DNA from: Candidatus Micrarchaeia archaeon
GTDB lineage: Bacteria; Chloroflexota; Dormibacteria; Aeolococcales; Bog-877
Assembly (NCBI GenBank): GCA_035533215.1
Contig: DATLUG010000006.1
Coordinates: forward strand, 3,958-67,957
Length of the DNA: 64,000 bases
Reading direction: 5' to 3'
The stretch's first letter is position 1, and each line of letters begins with the position of its first letter. The position numbers and the translations under genes are program-made. This document shows positions 17,565 through 29,586 of the stretch, in pieces. A model generated the notes under the pieces. The model searched no databases. It was not told the DNA's origin and saw only the letters and a program-made list of their open reading frames with translations.

Positions 17565-18766
17565 GCCGCCAGCGTGCCCCCGGCGACGACCCGGTCGCCG
17601 CGGTAGCAGACCGCCGACTGGCCGGGGGCGACCAGCGGCTCCGGCTCTTCGAACCGGACCCGGGCGCAGCCGTCCGAGCCGGGCTCCCAGGTCGCCGCCA
17701 CCGCCCCGCCATGGGCGCGCAGCTGGACCTCGGCGCGGATCGGGCCGGCCGGGGGCCGGCCGTCGAGGTAGACGCACCCCTCGACGACCGCCTGGCGGAC
17801 GCAGAGCGCCTCCCGCGGGCCGACCACCAGCCGGTTGTGCTGGGGGTCGAGCCGGAGCACGTACAGGGGGCGCTGCGAGGGCCCCACCGCCGAGAGCCCC
17901 AGGCCCGAGCGCTGGCCAACGGTGTATCCCGCCAGACCGGTGTGGCCCCCGACCACGGTGCCGTCGACGCTCACGATCGGCCCCGGACGCGCCCGCGACC
18001 CCAGCCGCTGCCGCAGCCAGGCCCGGTGGTCGCCGCCGACGAAGCAGAGCTCCTGGGAGTCCGGTTTGGCAGCGACGCCGAGGCCGAGGCCGGCGGCGAT
18101 CCGGCGGACCAGGACCTTCTCGACCTCGCCCAGGGGCAGGCAGACCGCGGCCAGGGTCCCCGGGCCGCAGTGGTAGAGCGTGTAGGACTGGTCCTTGCGC
18201 ACATCGAGGGCGCGGTGGAGGGTGCAGCGCCCGTCCGCCCCCGCGCGCACCCTGGCGTAGTGGCCGGTGGCGAGGTGGGTGGCGCCGACCGCGCGGACCC
18301 GCTCGAGCAGGGCCGAGAACTTGATCCACTGGTTGCAGCGCACGCAGGGGTTGGGCGTCCGCCCCGAGCCGGCGGTGTCGACGAAGTCGCGCACCACCGT
18401 GTCCGCGAAGGGGCCCGAGAGGTCCAGCACGTAGTGGGCCATCCCCAGCCTGGTCGCGGCCCGCCGCGCGTCCTCGACGGCGTCCACCGAGCAGCAGCCG
18501 CCGCCGTCGGTGGGGACCTCGCCCCACAGCCGCATGGTGACGCCGAAGGCGGGCAGCCCGGCGGCCACCACCAGGGCGGCGGCCACCGCGCTGTCCACCC
18601 CACCGCTCATCGCCACCGCGACGACGCTGCCCGCCGGCAGCCGGCGACCGCCGACGGTCTGCGGCCGGATCGGGCGGCCGCCGGCGCGGGCCGCCGCCCG
18701 GGCGATCGCGGCGGCCGCGAGCGGGGCCGCGCGGCGGCCGCCCGGCCGCTCAGACGGCGAGGTCAC
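17561..18766 (-). CDS. mnmA: tRNA 2-thiouridine synthase MnmA (start uncertain)
   Basis: AMSGGVDS PP-loop, GRTPNPCVRCN, ATGHYAR, KDQSY, KPDSQELCF, YTVGQR, APGQ. Confidence 0.95.
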   Translation of the reverse strand: MTSPSERPGGRRAAPLAAAAIARAAARAGGRPIRPQTVGGRRLPAGSVVAVAMSGGVDSAVAAALVVAAGLPAFGVTMRLWGEVPTDGGGCCSVDAVEDARRAATRLGMAHYVLDLSGPFADTVVRDFVDTAGSGRTPNPCVRCNQWIKFSALLERVRAVGATHLATGHYARVRAGADGRCTLHRALDVRKDQSYTLYHCGPGTLAAVCLPLGEVEKVLVRRIAAGLGLGVAAKPDSQELCFVGGDHRAWLRQRLGSRARPGPIVSVDGTVVGGHTGLAGYTVGQRSGLGLSAVGPSQRPLYVLRLDPQHNRLVVGPREALCVRQAVVEGCVYLDGRPPAGPIRAEVQLRAHGGAVAATWEPGSDGCARVRFEEPEPLVAPGQSAVCYRGDRVVAGGTLAA

Positions 18767-18989
18767 CCTCGACCGGGTCGACCCGGACGCCGAGCTCCTC
18801 GCAGAAGCGGAGCCCGCGGTCGATCTCGTCCGGCTCACCCAGGACCTCCAGCATCACCCAGCCCTCGTCGCGGCTGACATCCGCCCGGCGGATGTTGGTG
18901 ACCACGCTGAACTCGTGGCCCAGCCGATGGATGACGGGCTCGCCGACCAGGTCCGGCGAGAAGTGGAGGGTCACCCGGCGCCGGGCCAA
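18750..18989 (-). CDS. Stand-alone NIL domain protein
   Basis: LHFSPDLVGEPVIHRL...VVTNIRRADV..DEGWVMLEVLG; TTG start. Confidence 0.85.
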   Translation of the reverse strand: MARRRVTLHFSPDLVGEPVIHRLGHEFSVVTNIRRADVSRDEGWVMLEVLGEPDEIDRGLRFCEELGVRVDPVEGDLAV

Positions 18990-18993
18990 CGGG

Positions 18994-19272
18994 TCAGCCG
19001 CCCCCGGCGACCGCCGGCACGATCGAGAGGTCGTCCCCGTCGACGAGGGCAGTGCCGAGCCCATCCGCGAACCGGATGTCCTCGTCGTTGCGGTAGAGGC
19101 TGACGAACGGCTTCAGCTGGCCGTCCGGCTCGTGGAGCCTGGCGGCGAAGCCCGGGTAGCGCCCGTCCAGGTTGCTGAGCGCCTCGGCCACGGTCCCGCC
19201 GTCGATCTCCACCTCGGCGGCGCCGCCGGTCAGGCTGCGCAGGGGTCCCGGCACCCTGACCGTCACCGCCAC
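18994..19272 (-). CDS. MoaD/ThiS/CysO-family ubiquitin-like sulfur carrier
   Basis: VRVPGPLRSLTGG...NDEDIRFADGLGT...IVPAVAGGG*; GAGGAG RBS and TATACT -10 upstream. Confidence 0.92.
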   Translation of the reverse strand: MAVTVRVPGPLRSLTGGAAEVEIDGGTVAEALSNLDGRYPGFAARLHEPDGQLKPFVSLYRNDEDIRFADGLGTALVDGDDLSIVPAVAGGG

Positions 19273-19285
19273 CGCGAACGACTCC

Positions 19286-20617
19286 TCACGAGGTCGAAGT
19301 ATAGGGGCGATCCGCACGGGGCCGAGGCGCGCCCCGGAGCGCGCCCGCGGCGGCACGGCCGGCGCGCTCGCCGCTCACGACGGCGCCCTCGATGGTGGGA
19401 TTGACCAGGTAGTCGCCGGCGAGCACCACCGGCATGACGCCGCGGCCGGCCGCCAGCCGCCGCCGCTCGTCGAGGCTGGCGGCGAGCCGGCGGTAGTGGC
19501 CGGGGGCGAACAGGGTCACCGCCTGCGGCCATCCCCAGCTGAGGCCGGCCGCCGCGGTCCCGGGGTCGAGCCGCCCCGCCGTGCGGGCGTGCAGGAGCAC
19601 GGCGAGCCGCTCCTGCGCCGGCGGCGGCAGCGGTCCCGCCTCGGCGCCGGGGCCGAGGACGTGGTCGGCAAGCTCCGCCCACGCCGCCGCGGCGACCAGC
19701 CGGCGCCCGTCGCCGCCCCCAGCCGCGACGAGGAGCGGGCCCCCGCCGTCGTCCCACCGCCAGCCGGCGGCCCCCGGGCCCGGCACCTCGCAGACGAGGC
19801 GGACGAGGCGCGAGTGGGCGACCTCCCGGAGCAGGCGCCGGAGCTCCCCGGCGGCCGGCAGGCTCGGACCGAGGAGGCGGAGCGTCTCGCCCGCGGGGGC
19901 GGCCAGGATCAGCGCCGCCCCGCGCCAGCGCGACCCGTCCGCGCACAGGACCTCGGCGCCGCCGGACGCCGCCGCTCGGACCGCGACCGCCCGGCCCGCC
20001 GGGCCCACCACGACCGGGAGCGCCGCGGCGAGGCGGCGCGGCAGCTGCCCGAGGCCGCCGCTGAGGCGGAGCGGCCGGGCCCGCCAGACCAGCCGACCGG
20101 CCAGCAGCATCAGCGCCCGGCTCATCGACTCGGCCGGGCTGAAGGCGTTCCACTCGAACGCCGGGCGGACCGCGTCGCGGAGGAAGCGCTCGCCCAGGCG
20201 GCGCCGCGCGTAGGCGGCGATGGACTCGGTGTCGAGGGGGGCGAGACGCTCCGGCTCCGCCAGCCTGAGCCGGGGGAGGCTGGAGAGGACGTCGGCGGCG
20301 CAGAGGACCAGGCCGCCCAGCTCCCGTCCGCGCAGGGGCCACCGGGCGGCGGGAGCGGTCGGCGCCCGGAGCTGGCCACCGAGCCCGAGCCGGTCCAGCC
20401 AGGCCCGGGTGCGGCGGTAGAACGGGTAGCAGTGGCCGGCGCCGAGCTCGACCACCGGGCCGGCCGGACCGCCGAGGGGAACGCTGAGGCACCGGCCCCC
20501 GACCCGCCCCGCCTCCAGGACCACGACCTCCCGCCCGAGGTCACGGACCACGGTGGCGGCGACCAGGCCGGCGACGCCCGCGCCGACGACCACCACCGGC
20601 ACCGGGCGGGGCTCCAC
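19286..20617 (-). CDS. FAD-dependent oxidoreductase (HemY/amine oxidase-like); possible CTG start at 20650
   Basis: VVVGAGVAGL Rossmann motif, LEAGRVGGR, VELGA, LAGDY...TIEGAVVSGERA. Confidence 0.8.
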   Translation of the reverse strand: MEPRPVPVVVVGAGVAGLVAATVVRDLGREVVVLEAGRVGGRCLSVPLGGPAGPVVELGAGHCYPFYRRTRAWLDRLGLGGQLRAPTAPAARWPLRGRELGGLVLCAADVLSSLPRLRLAEPERLAPLDTESIAAYARRRLGERFLRDAVRPAFEWNAFSPAESMSRALMLLAGRLVWRARPLRLSGGLGQLPRRLAAALPVVVGPAGRAVAVRAAASGGAEVLCADGSRWRGAALILAAPAGETLRLLGPSLPAAGELRRLLREVAHSRLVRLVCEVPGPGAAGWRWDDGGGPLLVAAGGGDGRRLVAAAAWAELADHVLGPGAEAGPLPPPAQERLAVLLHARTAGRLDPGTAAAGLSWGWPQAVTLFAPGHYRRLAASLDERRRLAAGRGVMPVVLAGDYLVNPTIEGAVVSGERAGRAAAGALRGAPRPRADRPYTSTS

Positions 20618-20646
20618 CGCGGCGGGCGGCTGGGCCCCGGCGGCGG

Positions 20647-21930
<1,284 letters not shown>

Positions 21931-21964
21931 GCGGCGGTCCTGGGGGCGGGCGGGGCGGGCCTGA

Positions 21965-22699
21965 TCATGTCGATGGTGCCCCGAGTGTACGGGGGCCGAC
22001 CGGCGCCGACGGCTCGTCCGGGACCGCCGGCAGGGTGAGCCGCCAGGCCGGCCGCGGGGGCGGCTCCAGCTCCCCGGCGACGAGGGCGTCGTGGACGAGC
22101 TGGGACCACGACTCGAGCTGCAGGTAGCGGCTGCGCACCGCCGGCGGCGGCAGCACCTCCCCCTCCAGCTTGCGCCGCTCGCGGACCGCGACCACGGCGG
22201 CGCCCGCCTCCACCAGCAGGACCAGGCCCAGGTGGACCCGGCCCACGGCGGCGGTGTCGTCCTTGAGCAGGCCGACCAGGGTCGCCGGGACCGGCACCGC
22301 GCAGACCACCTCCTCGCGCCACTCCCTCACCGTCCCCGCCACCACCGGGTCGCCGCCCCCATCGGCGTCCTGCCGGTTGATGTGACCACCCACCCCGAGC
22401 GTGTACTGGTGGCGCAGGCGCGCCTCGCTGGAGGCGGTCAGCCGGCGCATCACCAGCAGCCCCTGGTCCGACCGCACCACCATATGGGGGATGATCTGCT
22501 GCCAGCTGGGGTCCTCCTCGACGTCGGCGCGGGGGCGGAACTCGCCCGCGCCCGCGATCGCGCGGAGGGCCTCCGCCAGCCCCGCCGTGCGCACCCCGTG
22601 CCAGGTGCCGTCGGGCAGGAGCTCGCGCCGGGCCACGACCAGCACCGCCTCCCGCCCGGCGGCCCCCGGGCGAAGCGGACCGCGGACGGCGGCTGGCAT
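21965..22699 (-). CDS. NUDIX-like phosphoesterase (YmaB/COG4112-like)
   Basis: RADVEEDPSWQQIIPH, EARL, LGVGGHIN, REWREEV, VGRVHLG, LESWS. Confidence 0.8.
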   Translation of the reverse strand: MPAAVRGPLRPGAAGREAVLVVARRELLPDGTWHGVRTAGLAEALRAIAGAGEFRPRADVEEDPSWQQIIPHMVVRSDQGLLVMRRLTASSEARLRHQYTLGVGGHINRQDADGGGDPVVAGTVREWREEVVCAVPVPATLVGLLKDDTAAVGRVHLGLVLLVEAGAAVVAVRERRKLEGEVLPPPAVRSRYLQLESWSQLVHDALVAGELEPPPRPAWRLTLPAVPDEPSAPVGPRTLGAPST

Positions 22700-22749
22700 C
22701 GCAGGCCAGGATACGGGCGCCGTCGCCGCCGGCCCGGCGGTCTGACCCG

Positions 22750-23979
22750 ATGGCACGACGCCCGACCACCGTGATCGCGGGCGCCGGCCTGGCCGGCGGC
22801 CGCGCCGCCGAGACCCTGCGCGCCCAGGGCTACGACGGGCGCCTGGTCCTGATCGGCAGCGAGCCCGACCGACCGTACGAGCGCCCTCCCCTCTCCAAGG
22901 CGTACCTGGAGGGACGCCTCGCCCGCGAGCGGGTGTTCCTGCGCACCGCCGCCTGGTACCGGGAGCAGGCGATCACGCTGCGGCTGGGGACCACCGTCAC
23001 CGGCGTCGACTGCCGGCGCCGCCAGGTCCAGCTCGATCGCGGCCGGCCGATCGGGTACGACCGCCTGCTCCTCGCCCCCGGCGCCCGCCCCCGCCGCCTC
23101 CTGGTCCCCGGCGCCCAGCTGGAGGGGGTGGTCGCGCTGCGCACGCTGGCGGATGCGGAGCGACTGCGGGCCGCCTTCGCGGGCCGTCCCCGGGTCGTCA
23201 TCGTCGGCGCCGGCTTCATCGGCTGCGAGGTCGCCGCCGCCGCCCGCCGCCAGGGCTGCCCGGTGACCCTCCTGGAGGTCGGGGCCGCCCCCCTGGCGCC
23301 GGCGCTCGGCCCCCTGGCCGGCGCCTTCGTGGCCCGCCTCCACCGGGACCACGGGGTCGACCTTCGCACCGGCGAGAGCCTGGTCAGCCTGCACGGCGCG
23401 GAGCGGGTCGAGGCGGTGGTCACCACCTCCGGCCGGCTCCTCGACGCGGACCTGGTGCTGATCGCGGTGGGGGCGGAGCCCCGGACCGAGCTGGCGGAGG
23501 CGGCGGGCCTCGCCTGCGACGGCGGGATCGTGGTCGACGAGTGCTGCCGCACCTCCGCTGCGGACGTGTTCGCGGCCGGCGATGCCGCCAGGTGGTGGCA
23601 CCCCGGCCTGGCCCGGCGGCTGCGGGTGGAGCACTACGACAACGCCCAGAACCAGGGGGTCGCGGCGGCCCTGTCGCTGCTGGGCCGGGGCGCCCCCTAC
23701 GCCCCCATCCCGTACGTGTGGTCGGAGCAGTACGACGCCACCCTGCAGTGGGTCGGGGACGCCGAGGGGGCCGACCGCACCGTCACCCGCGGCGACCCGG
23801 CATCGGGCGTGTTCAGCGCCTTCCACCTCAGGGAGGGCCGGGTGATCGCGTGCCTGGCGGTCAACCGCTTCCGGGACCTGGCCGGGGCGCGCCGCCTGAT
23901 CGCCGGCGGCCAGGCGGTCGGGCTCGCCCAGCTCGCCGATCCGGACACCAGCCTGCGCGACCTGCTCCGGGCCGGCTGA
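22750..23979 (+). CDS. NAD(P)H-dependent ferredoxin reductase (glutathione-reductase family)
   Basis: IAGAGLAG, PYERPPLSK, IVGAGFIGCE, VFAAGD, RVEHYDNA, VWSEQY. Confidence 0.9.
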   Translation: MARRPTTVIAGAGLAGGRAAETLRAQGYDGRLVLIGSEPDRPYERPPLSKAYLEGRLARERVFLRTAAWYREQAITLRLGTTVTGVDCRRRQVQLDRGRPIGYDRLLLAPGARPRRLLVPGAQLEGVVALRTLADAERLRAAFAGRPRVVIVGAGFIGCEVAAAARRQGCPVTLLEVGAAPLAPALGPLAGAFVARLHRDHGVDLRTGESLVSLHGAERVEAVVTTSGRLLDADLVLIAVGAEPRTELAEAAGLACDGGIVVDECCRTSAADVFAAGDAARWWHPGLARRLRVEHYDNAQNQGVAAALSLLGRGAPYAPIPYVWSEQYDATLQWVGDAEGADRTVTRGDPASGVFSAFHLREGRVIACLAVNRFRDLAGARRLIAGGQAVGLAQLADPDTSLRDLLRAG

Positions 23980-24014
23980 GCCGGCCCGGCTGAGCCGGCC
24001 CGGTCGGACCGCGG

Positions 24015-24950
24015 GTGCCGGCCGCGGTCGATCTTGAGGGCCCCTCGCCCTCCGCGCCTCGCTGGAGCGGCTCCGGCGCCACGGCGACGACGGCCGGGAC
24101 CGCTGGGACGGGCGCACCCTGGTCCGGACCGGCGACGAGGGCGGGCGTCCCCTCGCCTTCGCGGCGACCGTCGTCGGCACCGTGGGCCGGCCCCGGTTCC
24201 GGTCGCGGTCGCCGGCGCGGCCGACCGCGACCGGTCCGCGGCGTGGCTGCGGGCCAGCGTCGTCGCCACCGCGCCAGGGCTGTCCCTCCTGCTCCGGTCC
24301 GACCCGGTGCTGGCGGGTCAGGAGCAGCTGGAGCCGTGGGTGCGTCCATCCGCGTCCGGGACCCCCTGGCGGCCCTGGTCCGCAGCGCCAGCGCCCAGCA
24401 GGTGAACCTGGCCTGGGCCGCGACCACCCGCCGCCGCCCCGCCGAGACGTTGGGGGAGCGTCGTCTGGTGGGGGGATGGACCGTGCGCCGGCTGGTGCCC
24501 GAGCGGCTCGCCGAGGCCGGCCCGGAGGGGCTCCGCCGGCTCCAGATCCCCCGCCAGAAGGCGCGGGCGGTGGTGGGCCTCGCCGAGGCCCAGCTGGGGC
24601 GCCGGCTGGCGCTGGCGGAGCTGGAGCGGCTGGGCGACGACCAGCTGGGGGCGCGGCCGGGCTCCCTGCACGGGATCGGCGGCGGGAGCGCGGCCGGGCT
24701 TCGCGATCGGACGCTGGGCCGGCCCCGGGCGGTGGCCGGCGACCTCGGGGTGCGCACCGCGGTCGGGCGCGCCTACCTGGGCCAGGCGCGCCCGGCCGAG
24801 GACGACGTGCGCCGGGCCGTGCGCCACTGGGACCAGGCCGCCCTGGTGGCACCGGCGGTGCTGCTCCACGGCCTCGCCCGCGGCCGGCTGCCCCAGCCGC
24901 CGGCCGGGGGGGGCGGCCCGGTCAGCGGCAGACGGCCCGGAGCTGGGTGA
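24015..24950 (+). pseudogene. alkA: AlkA-like DNA-3-methyladenine glycosylase II with three frameshifts
   Basis: DPLAALVRSASAQQVN, KARAV, degenerate HhH LHGIGGGSA, GDLGVR; homologous-looking N-terminal segments lie in the other two frames. Confidence 0.7.
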
Positions 24951-26229
24951 AGAAGCCGGGGAAGGAGACGGCGACGCACTCCGCCCCGTCGATCTCGCTG
25001 GCGCCCTCCGCCAGGCAGGCGGCGACCGCCAGCGCCATCGCGATCCGGTGGTCGCCCTCCGACCGCACCACAGCCCCCCGGAGCCGGACCGGCCCCCGCA
25101 CCGCCAGGCCGTCGCTGGTGGTCTCGACGGCGGCGCCCATCGCCCGCAGCCCGGCGGCGATCGCCTCCACCCGGTCCGACTCCTTCACCCGCAGCTCGGC
25201 CGCGTCGCGGATCTCGGTCCAGCCCTCGGCCTGGGTGGCCAGCACCGCCGCCAGCGGGAGCTCATCGATGGCCCGGGGGATCTGGCCGCCGCCGACGACG
25301 GTCGCCCGCAGGCCGTGGGAGCGGATGGCGACCGCGCCCCAGGGCTCGTCCGACTCCCCCCGGTCCCCGGGCTCGGTGGCGCAGGCGGCGCCCATCGCCC
25401 ACAGGACGTCGAGCAGGCCGGTGCGCAGGGGGTTGAGCCCGACCGCCTCGCAGCGCAGCTCGGCGTCGGGATGGGCCGCCGCCAGGGCCAGGAACGGGGC
25501 CGCCGAGGAGAGGTCGCCGGGCACAGTCAGGCCGAACGGCTGCGGCTCGCCCGGCTCCACCGTCACCCGCCGCGGCCCCCCCGCGGTCCCGTCGCCGGAG
25601 ACCCGGCACACGATCCCGGCCCGGGGCAGGAGCCGCTCGGTGTGGTCCCGGGTGGCCACCCCCTCCTCCACCGTGACCGGGCCGTTGGCGCTGATCCCGG
25701 CCAGCAGCACCGCGGTCTTGAGCTGTGCGCTGGCCACCGGCGGGCGCACCGTGACCCCCCCGTGGAGGGTGGCGCGGCCCCGCACCTCCACCGGGGGCCG
25801 GCCCTCGCCGCCGAGGCAGACGACGTCCGCGCCCAGCGGGGCCAGCACCGCCCGCAGCCTCGCCATCGGGCGCCGGCGGAGCGAGGCGTCGCCGTCGAGG
25901 CGGACCACCAGCGGGTGGCCGGCGAGGGCGCCCGCCCCCATCCGCATGGTGCTGCCCGAGTTGGCGCAGTCGATCGGATGCGGGGGCGCCAGCCAGCGAC
26001 CGCGGCCGGTCCCCAGGACCGCCACCCGCCCCGGCCCGCGCTCGAAGGTGGCCGCCCCCACCTGCTCCAGGAGGCCGCGCGTCGCGGCCACGTCGGCGGC
26101 ATCGCTGCAGTTGCCGAGGTAGCTGCGGCCGGGGGCGAGGCCGGCGACGAGGAGGGCGCGATGGGAGATCGACTTGTCGCCGGGGACCCGCACCGTCCCC
26201 CGCACCCGCGCCGCCGGCTCAACCCGCAT
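24922..26229 (-). CDS. aroA: EPSP synthase
   Basis: [55 protein letters not shown]. Confidence 0.97.
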   Translation of the reverse strand: MRVEPAARVRGTVRVPGDKSISHRALLVAGLAPGRSYLGNCSDAADVAATRGLLEQVGAATFERGPGRVAVLGTGRGRWLAPPHPIDCANSGSTMRMGAGALAGHPLVVRLDGDASLRRRPMARLRAVLAPLGADVVCLGGEGRPPVEVRGRATLHGGVTVRPPVASAQLKTAVLLAGISANGPVTVEEGVATRDHTERLLPRAGIVCRVSGDGTAGGPRRVTVEPGEPQPFGLTVPGDLSSAAPFLALAAAHPDAELRCEAVGLNPLRTGLLDVLWAMGAACATEPGDRGESDEPWGAVAIRSHGLRATVVGGGQIPRAIDELPLAAVLATQAEGWTEIRDAAELRVKESDRVEAIAAGLRAMGAAVETTSDGLAVRGPVRLRGAVVRSEGDHRIAMALAVAACLAEGASEIDGAECVAVSFPGFFTQLRAVCR

Positions 26230-27184
26230 CGACGGGCGCCTCCGCCAGCAGCTCGCCGCGGGCGGAGCCTGCCGCCGCGAACCAGCTCCGGAGCCCCAGG
26301 ACGGCCGCCCCGAGCGGGGCCGGGCCCCGCTCCAGGTCCTGGGCCGCGTCCCCCTGCGGGTTCGGGTCCCCGAGGTCGCGCAGCCCCCGCCGCAGCCGGG
26401 CCAGCTCGGCCTCCGCCGCCGCCAGGGCCCGGTCGAGGTCGCGGGCATTGCTGGCGGCGATGTGGGCGGACATGGTGGGATCGCCGGCCGCCATCCGGGC
26501 CACGTCGCGAAACCCGCTCCCCACCAGGCGGCGGGCGAGCGGGTCCTCGGCGGCCCCGGCCGCCGCCGCCGCGGCGCAGACGTGGGCCAGCACCAGGGGC
26601 AGATGGCTGGTGCGGGCCACCAGGCGGTCGTGCCGCTCCGCCGTCACGAGGAGGGGGCGCGCCCCCAGCTGCTCGACGCAGTGGAGCCACGGCCCGAAGG
26701 GCAGGAGGGCGTCCGGGTCGTGCGGGTCGGAGGGGGTCAGCGCCCAGGTGCGGCCGTCGAAGAGGGTGGCGGTGGCGGCGGCGAAGCCGCTGCGCTCCCG
26801 CCCCGCCATCGGGTGGCCGCCCAGGAACGCCCCCGGGCCGAACCAGCGCCTGCCCCACCGGCAGACCAGCCGCTTGGTGCTGGCGGTGTCGGTGACCACA
26901 GGGGGGCGGTCGCCGGCGGCGGCCGCCAGCTCGGCGAGGGCGGGGCGGACGTCCAGCACCGGCACCGCCAGGACGACGCAGTCGGCCTCCGCCGCCGCCG
27001 CCAGCGTCACCGCGTGGTCGATGGCGCCGGCGGCACGCGCCGCCAGGAGGGCGGCGGGGTCGCGGTCCACCCCGAGGAGCCGGACCCGGGGGAGGGCCCG
27101 CCGCAGTCCCAGCGCGACCGACCCGCCGATGCAGCCGAGGCCGACGACCGCGACGGTGGCCGGGGGCGGCCCCGGCCGGCTCAC
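26219..27184 (-). CDS. tyrA: Prephenate dehydrogenase
   Basis: [47 protein letters not shown]. Confidence 0.93.
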   Translation of the reverse strand: MSRPGPPPATVAVVGLGCIGGSVALGLRRALPRVRLLGVDRDPAALLAARAAGAIDHAVTLAAAAEADCVVLAVPVLDVRPALAELAAAAGDRPPVVTDTASTKRLVCRWGRRWFGPGAFLGGHPMAGRERSGFAAATATLFDGRTWALTPSDPHDPDALLPFGPWLHCVEQLGARPLLVTAERHDRLVARTSHLPLVLAHVCAAAAAAGAAEDPLARRLVGSGFRDVARMAAGDPTMSAHIAASNARDLDRALAAAEAELARLRRGLRDLGDPNPQGDAAQDLERGPAPLGAAVLGLRSWFAAAGSARGELLAEAPVDAG

Positions 27185-28272
27185 CCGCGGGAGGCGGCGC
27201 CGGTGGCGGTGCCGCCGCCGGCGGCGGGGCCCTCCGGTGCCCTGGCCCCGGCCCGGGCCAGCGGTCGGCCGACCACCTCGGCGACCGCGGCGACCTGGCG
27301 CATCAGCGCCTCGAAGGCGGGGAACGCCAGCGACTGGGGGCCGTCGGACCACGCCTCCTGGGGGTGGGGATGGACCTCGATCATGAGGGCGTCGGCCCCC
27401 GCCGCCACCGCCGCCAGCGCCATCGGCGTGACCAGAGGGCTGCGCCCGGTGCCGTGGCTGGGGTCGACCACCACCGGCAGGTGGGTCCACTCCTTCAGCA
27501 GCGGCACGCAGGAGAGGTCGAGGGTGTTGCGGGTGGCGGTCTCGAAGGTGCGGATCCCGCGCTCGCACAGCATCACCGCGTAGTTGCCCCGGGAGAGGAT
27601 GTACTCGGCCGAGAGCAGCCATTCCTCCAGGGTGTTGCTGGCCCCCCGCTTGAGCAGGGCCGGCAGCCGGGTCTCGCCGACCGCCGCCAGCAGGTTGAAG
27701 TTCTGCATGTTGCGGGCGCCGATCTGGAGGATGTCGGCGCTGGCCGCCACCAGCTCGACATCGCCGGGGGTCATCACCTCGGTCACGACCGGGAGCCCGG
27801 TGGCGGCGCGCGCCTGCTCCAGGATGCGCAGGCCCTCCGCGCCCAGGCCCTGGAAGGTGTAGGGGGAGGTGCGCGGCTTGAAGGCCCCGCCGCGCAGGAT
27901 GGTGGCCCCGGCCGCCCGCACCGCCGTCGCCGTCTCCATCAGCATGGCCTGGTTCTCGACCGCGCAGGGCCCCGCCATCACCACCAGCTCGGGACCGCCG
28001 ACCACCGCCTCCCCGACCGGGATCTCGGTGTCCTGACGGCGGAACTGGCGCCCGGCCAGCTTGTAGGGACGGGTGATGCGGACCACGTCCTCCACCCCGG
28101 CCAGGTTCTGGAAGCCGGCCCGCAGGTCCTCGCTGATCTCGTGGCCGATGACCCCGATCACGGTGCGGTCCTCGCCCGCCGAGAGGTGCCCGTGGAGGCC
28201 GTGGTGCTCCACGAAGGTCACCACGTCGGCGATCTGCTCGGGGGTGGCCCCCGGCTCCATCACCACGATCAT
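27181..28272 (-). CDS. aroF: DAHP synthase type I-beta with N-terminal regulatory domain
   Basis: [51 protein letters not shown]. Confidence 0.96.
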   Translation of the reverse strand: MIVVMEPGATPEQIADVVTFVEHHGLHGHLSAGEDRTVIGVIGHEISEDLRAGFQNLAGVEDVVRITRPYKLAGRQFRRQDTEIPVGEAVVGGPELVVMAGPCAVENQAMLMETATAVRAAGATILRGGAFKPRTSPYTFQGLGAEGLRILEQARAATGLPVVTEVMTPGDVELVAASADILQIGARNMQNFNLLAAVGETRLPALLKRGASNTLEEWLLSAEYILSRGNYAVMLCERGIRTFETATRNTLDLSCVPLLKEWTHLPVVVDPSHGTGRSPLVTPMALAAVAAGADALMIEVHPHPQEAWSDGPQSLAFPAFEALMRQVAAVAEVVGRPLARAGARAPEGPAAGGGTATGAASRG

Positions 28273-28667
28273 CGCGGCTGGTTCTCCCGGTAGCGGTCGA
28301 GGTCGCGCCGGATCGCCGCCGCGCCGTGCAGATAGCGATGCCGCATCGCAGCCGCGGGGCGGTCGGTGTTGACGAGGAGCAGGATACGGACGCAGCGGGC
28401 CACCGCCCGCTGATTGTCGTCGGGGACCGCCATCTCGTGGCCGCAGAGCAGCGGCACGTCGACCCACCCCATCCGCCGCGCCGCCACCGCCGGGAACTCC
28501 GCCCGGAGGTCCTCGGTGGTGGTGAACCAGGCCGCGGCGACCGCCTCCGGCTCGATCGCGTTGTCGTCGACCAGCGCCTGCAGCAGCTCCAGGGTGGCGG
28601 CCACGATCAGCTCCGGGCGGTCGGCCTCCACGGTGGTCGCCCCGCGGATGCCGCGCACCGCCGTCAC
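28269..28667 (-). CDS. aroH: Chorismate mutase, AroH class
   Basis: [40 protein letters not shown]. Confidence 0.95.
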   Translation of the reverse strand: MTAVRGIRGATTVEADRPELIVAATLELLQALVDDNAIEPEAVAAAWFTTTEDLRAEFPAVAARRMGWVDVPLLCGHEMAVPDDNQRAVARCVRILLLVNTDRPAAAMRHRYLHGAAAIRRDLDRYRENQPR

Positions 28668-28797
28668 CCACCCTCCTCCGAGCCTGACCGGCCCCGCAAC
28701 GGCCCGGCGCCCCGGCCCCCCGCCGGCGGTCCCCGACGTTCAGCCCCGAGCGTACACGAACCGGCCGCGCCGGCCGCCACGTTCCGCCCCCGCCGGC

Positions 28798-29586
28798 TCA
28801 GCGGCCGGCGAGCTCGGCGACCGCCGCGCGGGTGGCGGAGACGGGGTCCGGCGCCGTCCCGATCCGGTCCAGCAGCGCGGAGGCGACCACCGCCCCCTCG
28901 GCCAGGCCGCGCAGGCCGGACACGTGCTCGCGCCGGGAGAGGCCGAAGCCGAGCACCCGGGGGAGCCGGGTCACCGCTCCCACCCGCTGGAGCAGGTCCA
29001 GCGCCTCCGGCGGCACCGACGCGCGGGCGCCGGTGACGCCGACCCGGGCGACGCAGTAGACGAACCCCGTCGCCAGGGCGGCGGCGGCGGCGATCCGCTC
29101 CGGGGTCGAGGTGGGGGCGACCATGGTGACGTAGCCGAGGCCGGCGGCGGCCGCCGCCGCCGCCACCGGGCCGGCCTCGTCGACCGGGAGGTCGGGGACC
29201 AGGAGGCCGTCGACGCCGGCGGCGGCGGCGGCCCCGCAGTAGCGCTCCGGGCCGTACTGGAGGATGGGGTTGAGGTAGGTCATGGTGGCCACCGGGATGA
29301 CCAGGCCCGCCCGCCTCGCCTCCCCCACCATCCCCAGCGCCCGCGCCACCGTCATGCCCTGCTCCAAGGCCACCTGACCGGCCCGCTGGATCGTGGGCCC
29401 GTCGGCCAGCGGGTCCGAGAACGGGAGCCCCAGCTCCACCGCGGCGGCGCCGCCCTCCTGGGTCGCCAAGAGGCACCCCGCGGTCGCGGCCGGGGAGGGG
29501 AACCCGGCCATCACGTACGGGACCAGCGCCACCTCGCCGCCGGCGGGGAGGGCGGCCGCCCAGGCGGCGGCGCCCGCTGCCCTCAC
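28798..29586 (-). CDS. trpA: Tryptophan synthase alpha chain
   Basis: [35 protein letters not shown]. Confidence 0.96.
   Translation of the reverse strand: MRAAGAAAWAAALPAGGEVALVPYVMAGFPSPAATAGCLLATQEGGAAAVELGLPFSDPLADGPTIQRAGQVALEQGMTVARALGMVGEARRAGLVIPVATMTYLNPILQYGPERYCGAAAAAGVDGLLVPDLPVDEAGPVAAAAAAAGLGYVTMVAPTSTPERIAAAAALATGFVYCVARVGVTGARASVPPEALDLLQRVGAVTRLPRVLGFGLSRREHVSGLRGLAEGAVVASALLDRIGTAPDPVSATRAAVAELAGR

Noticed and set aside
14992-18324. Very long alternative-frame ORFs (e.g. 1110 aa, 896 aa, 887 aa)
   Set aside because: Arg/Pro/Gly/Ala-rich shadow frames caused by stop-codon scarcity at high GC; they overlap recognisable genes
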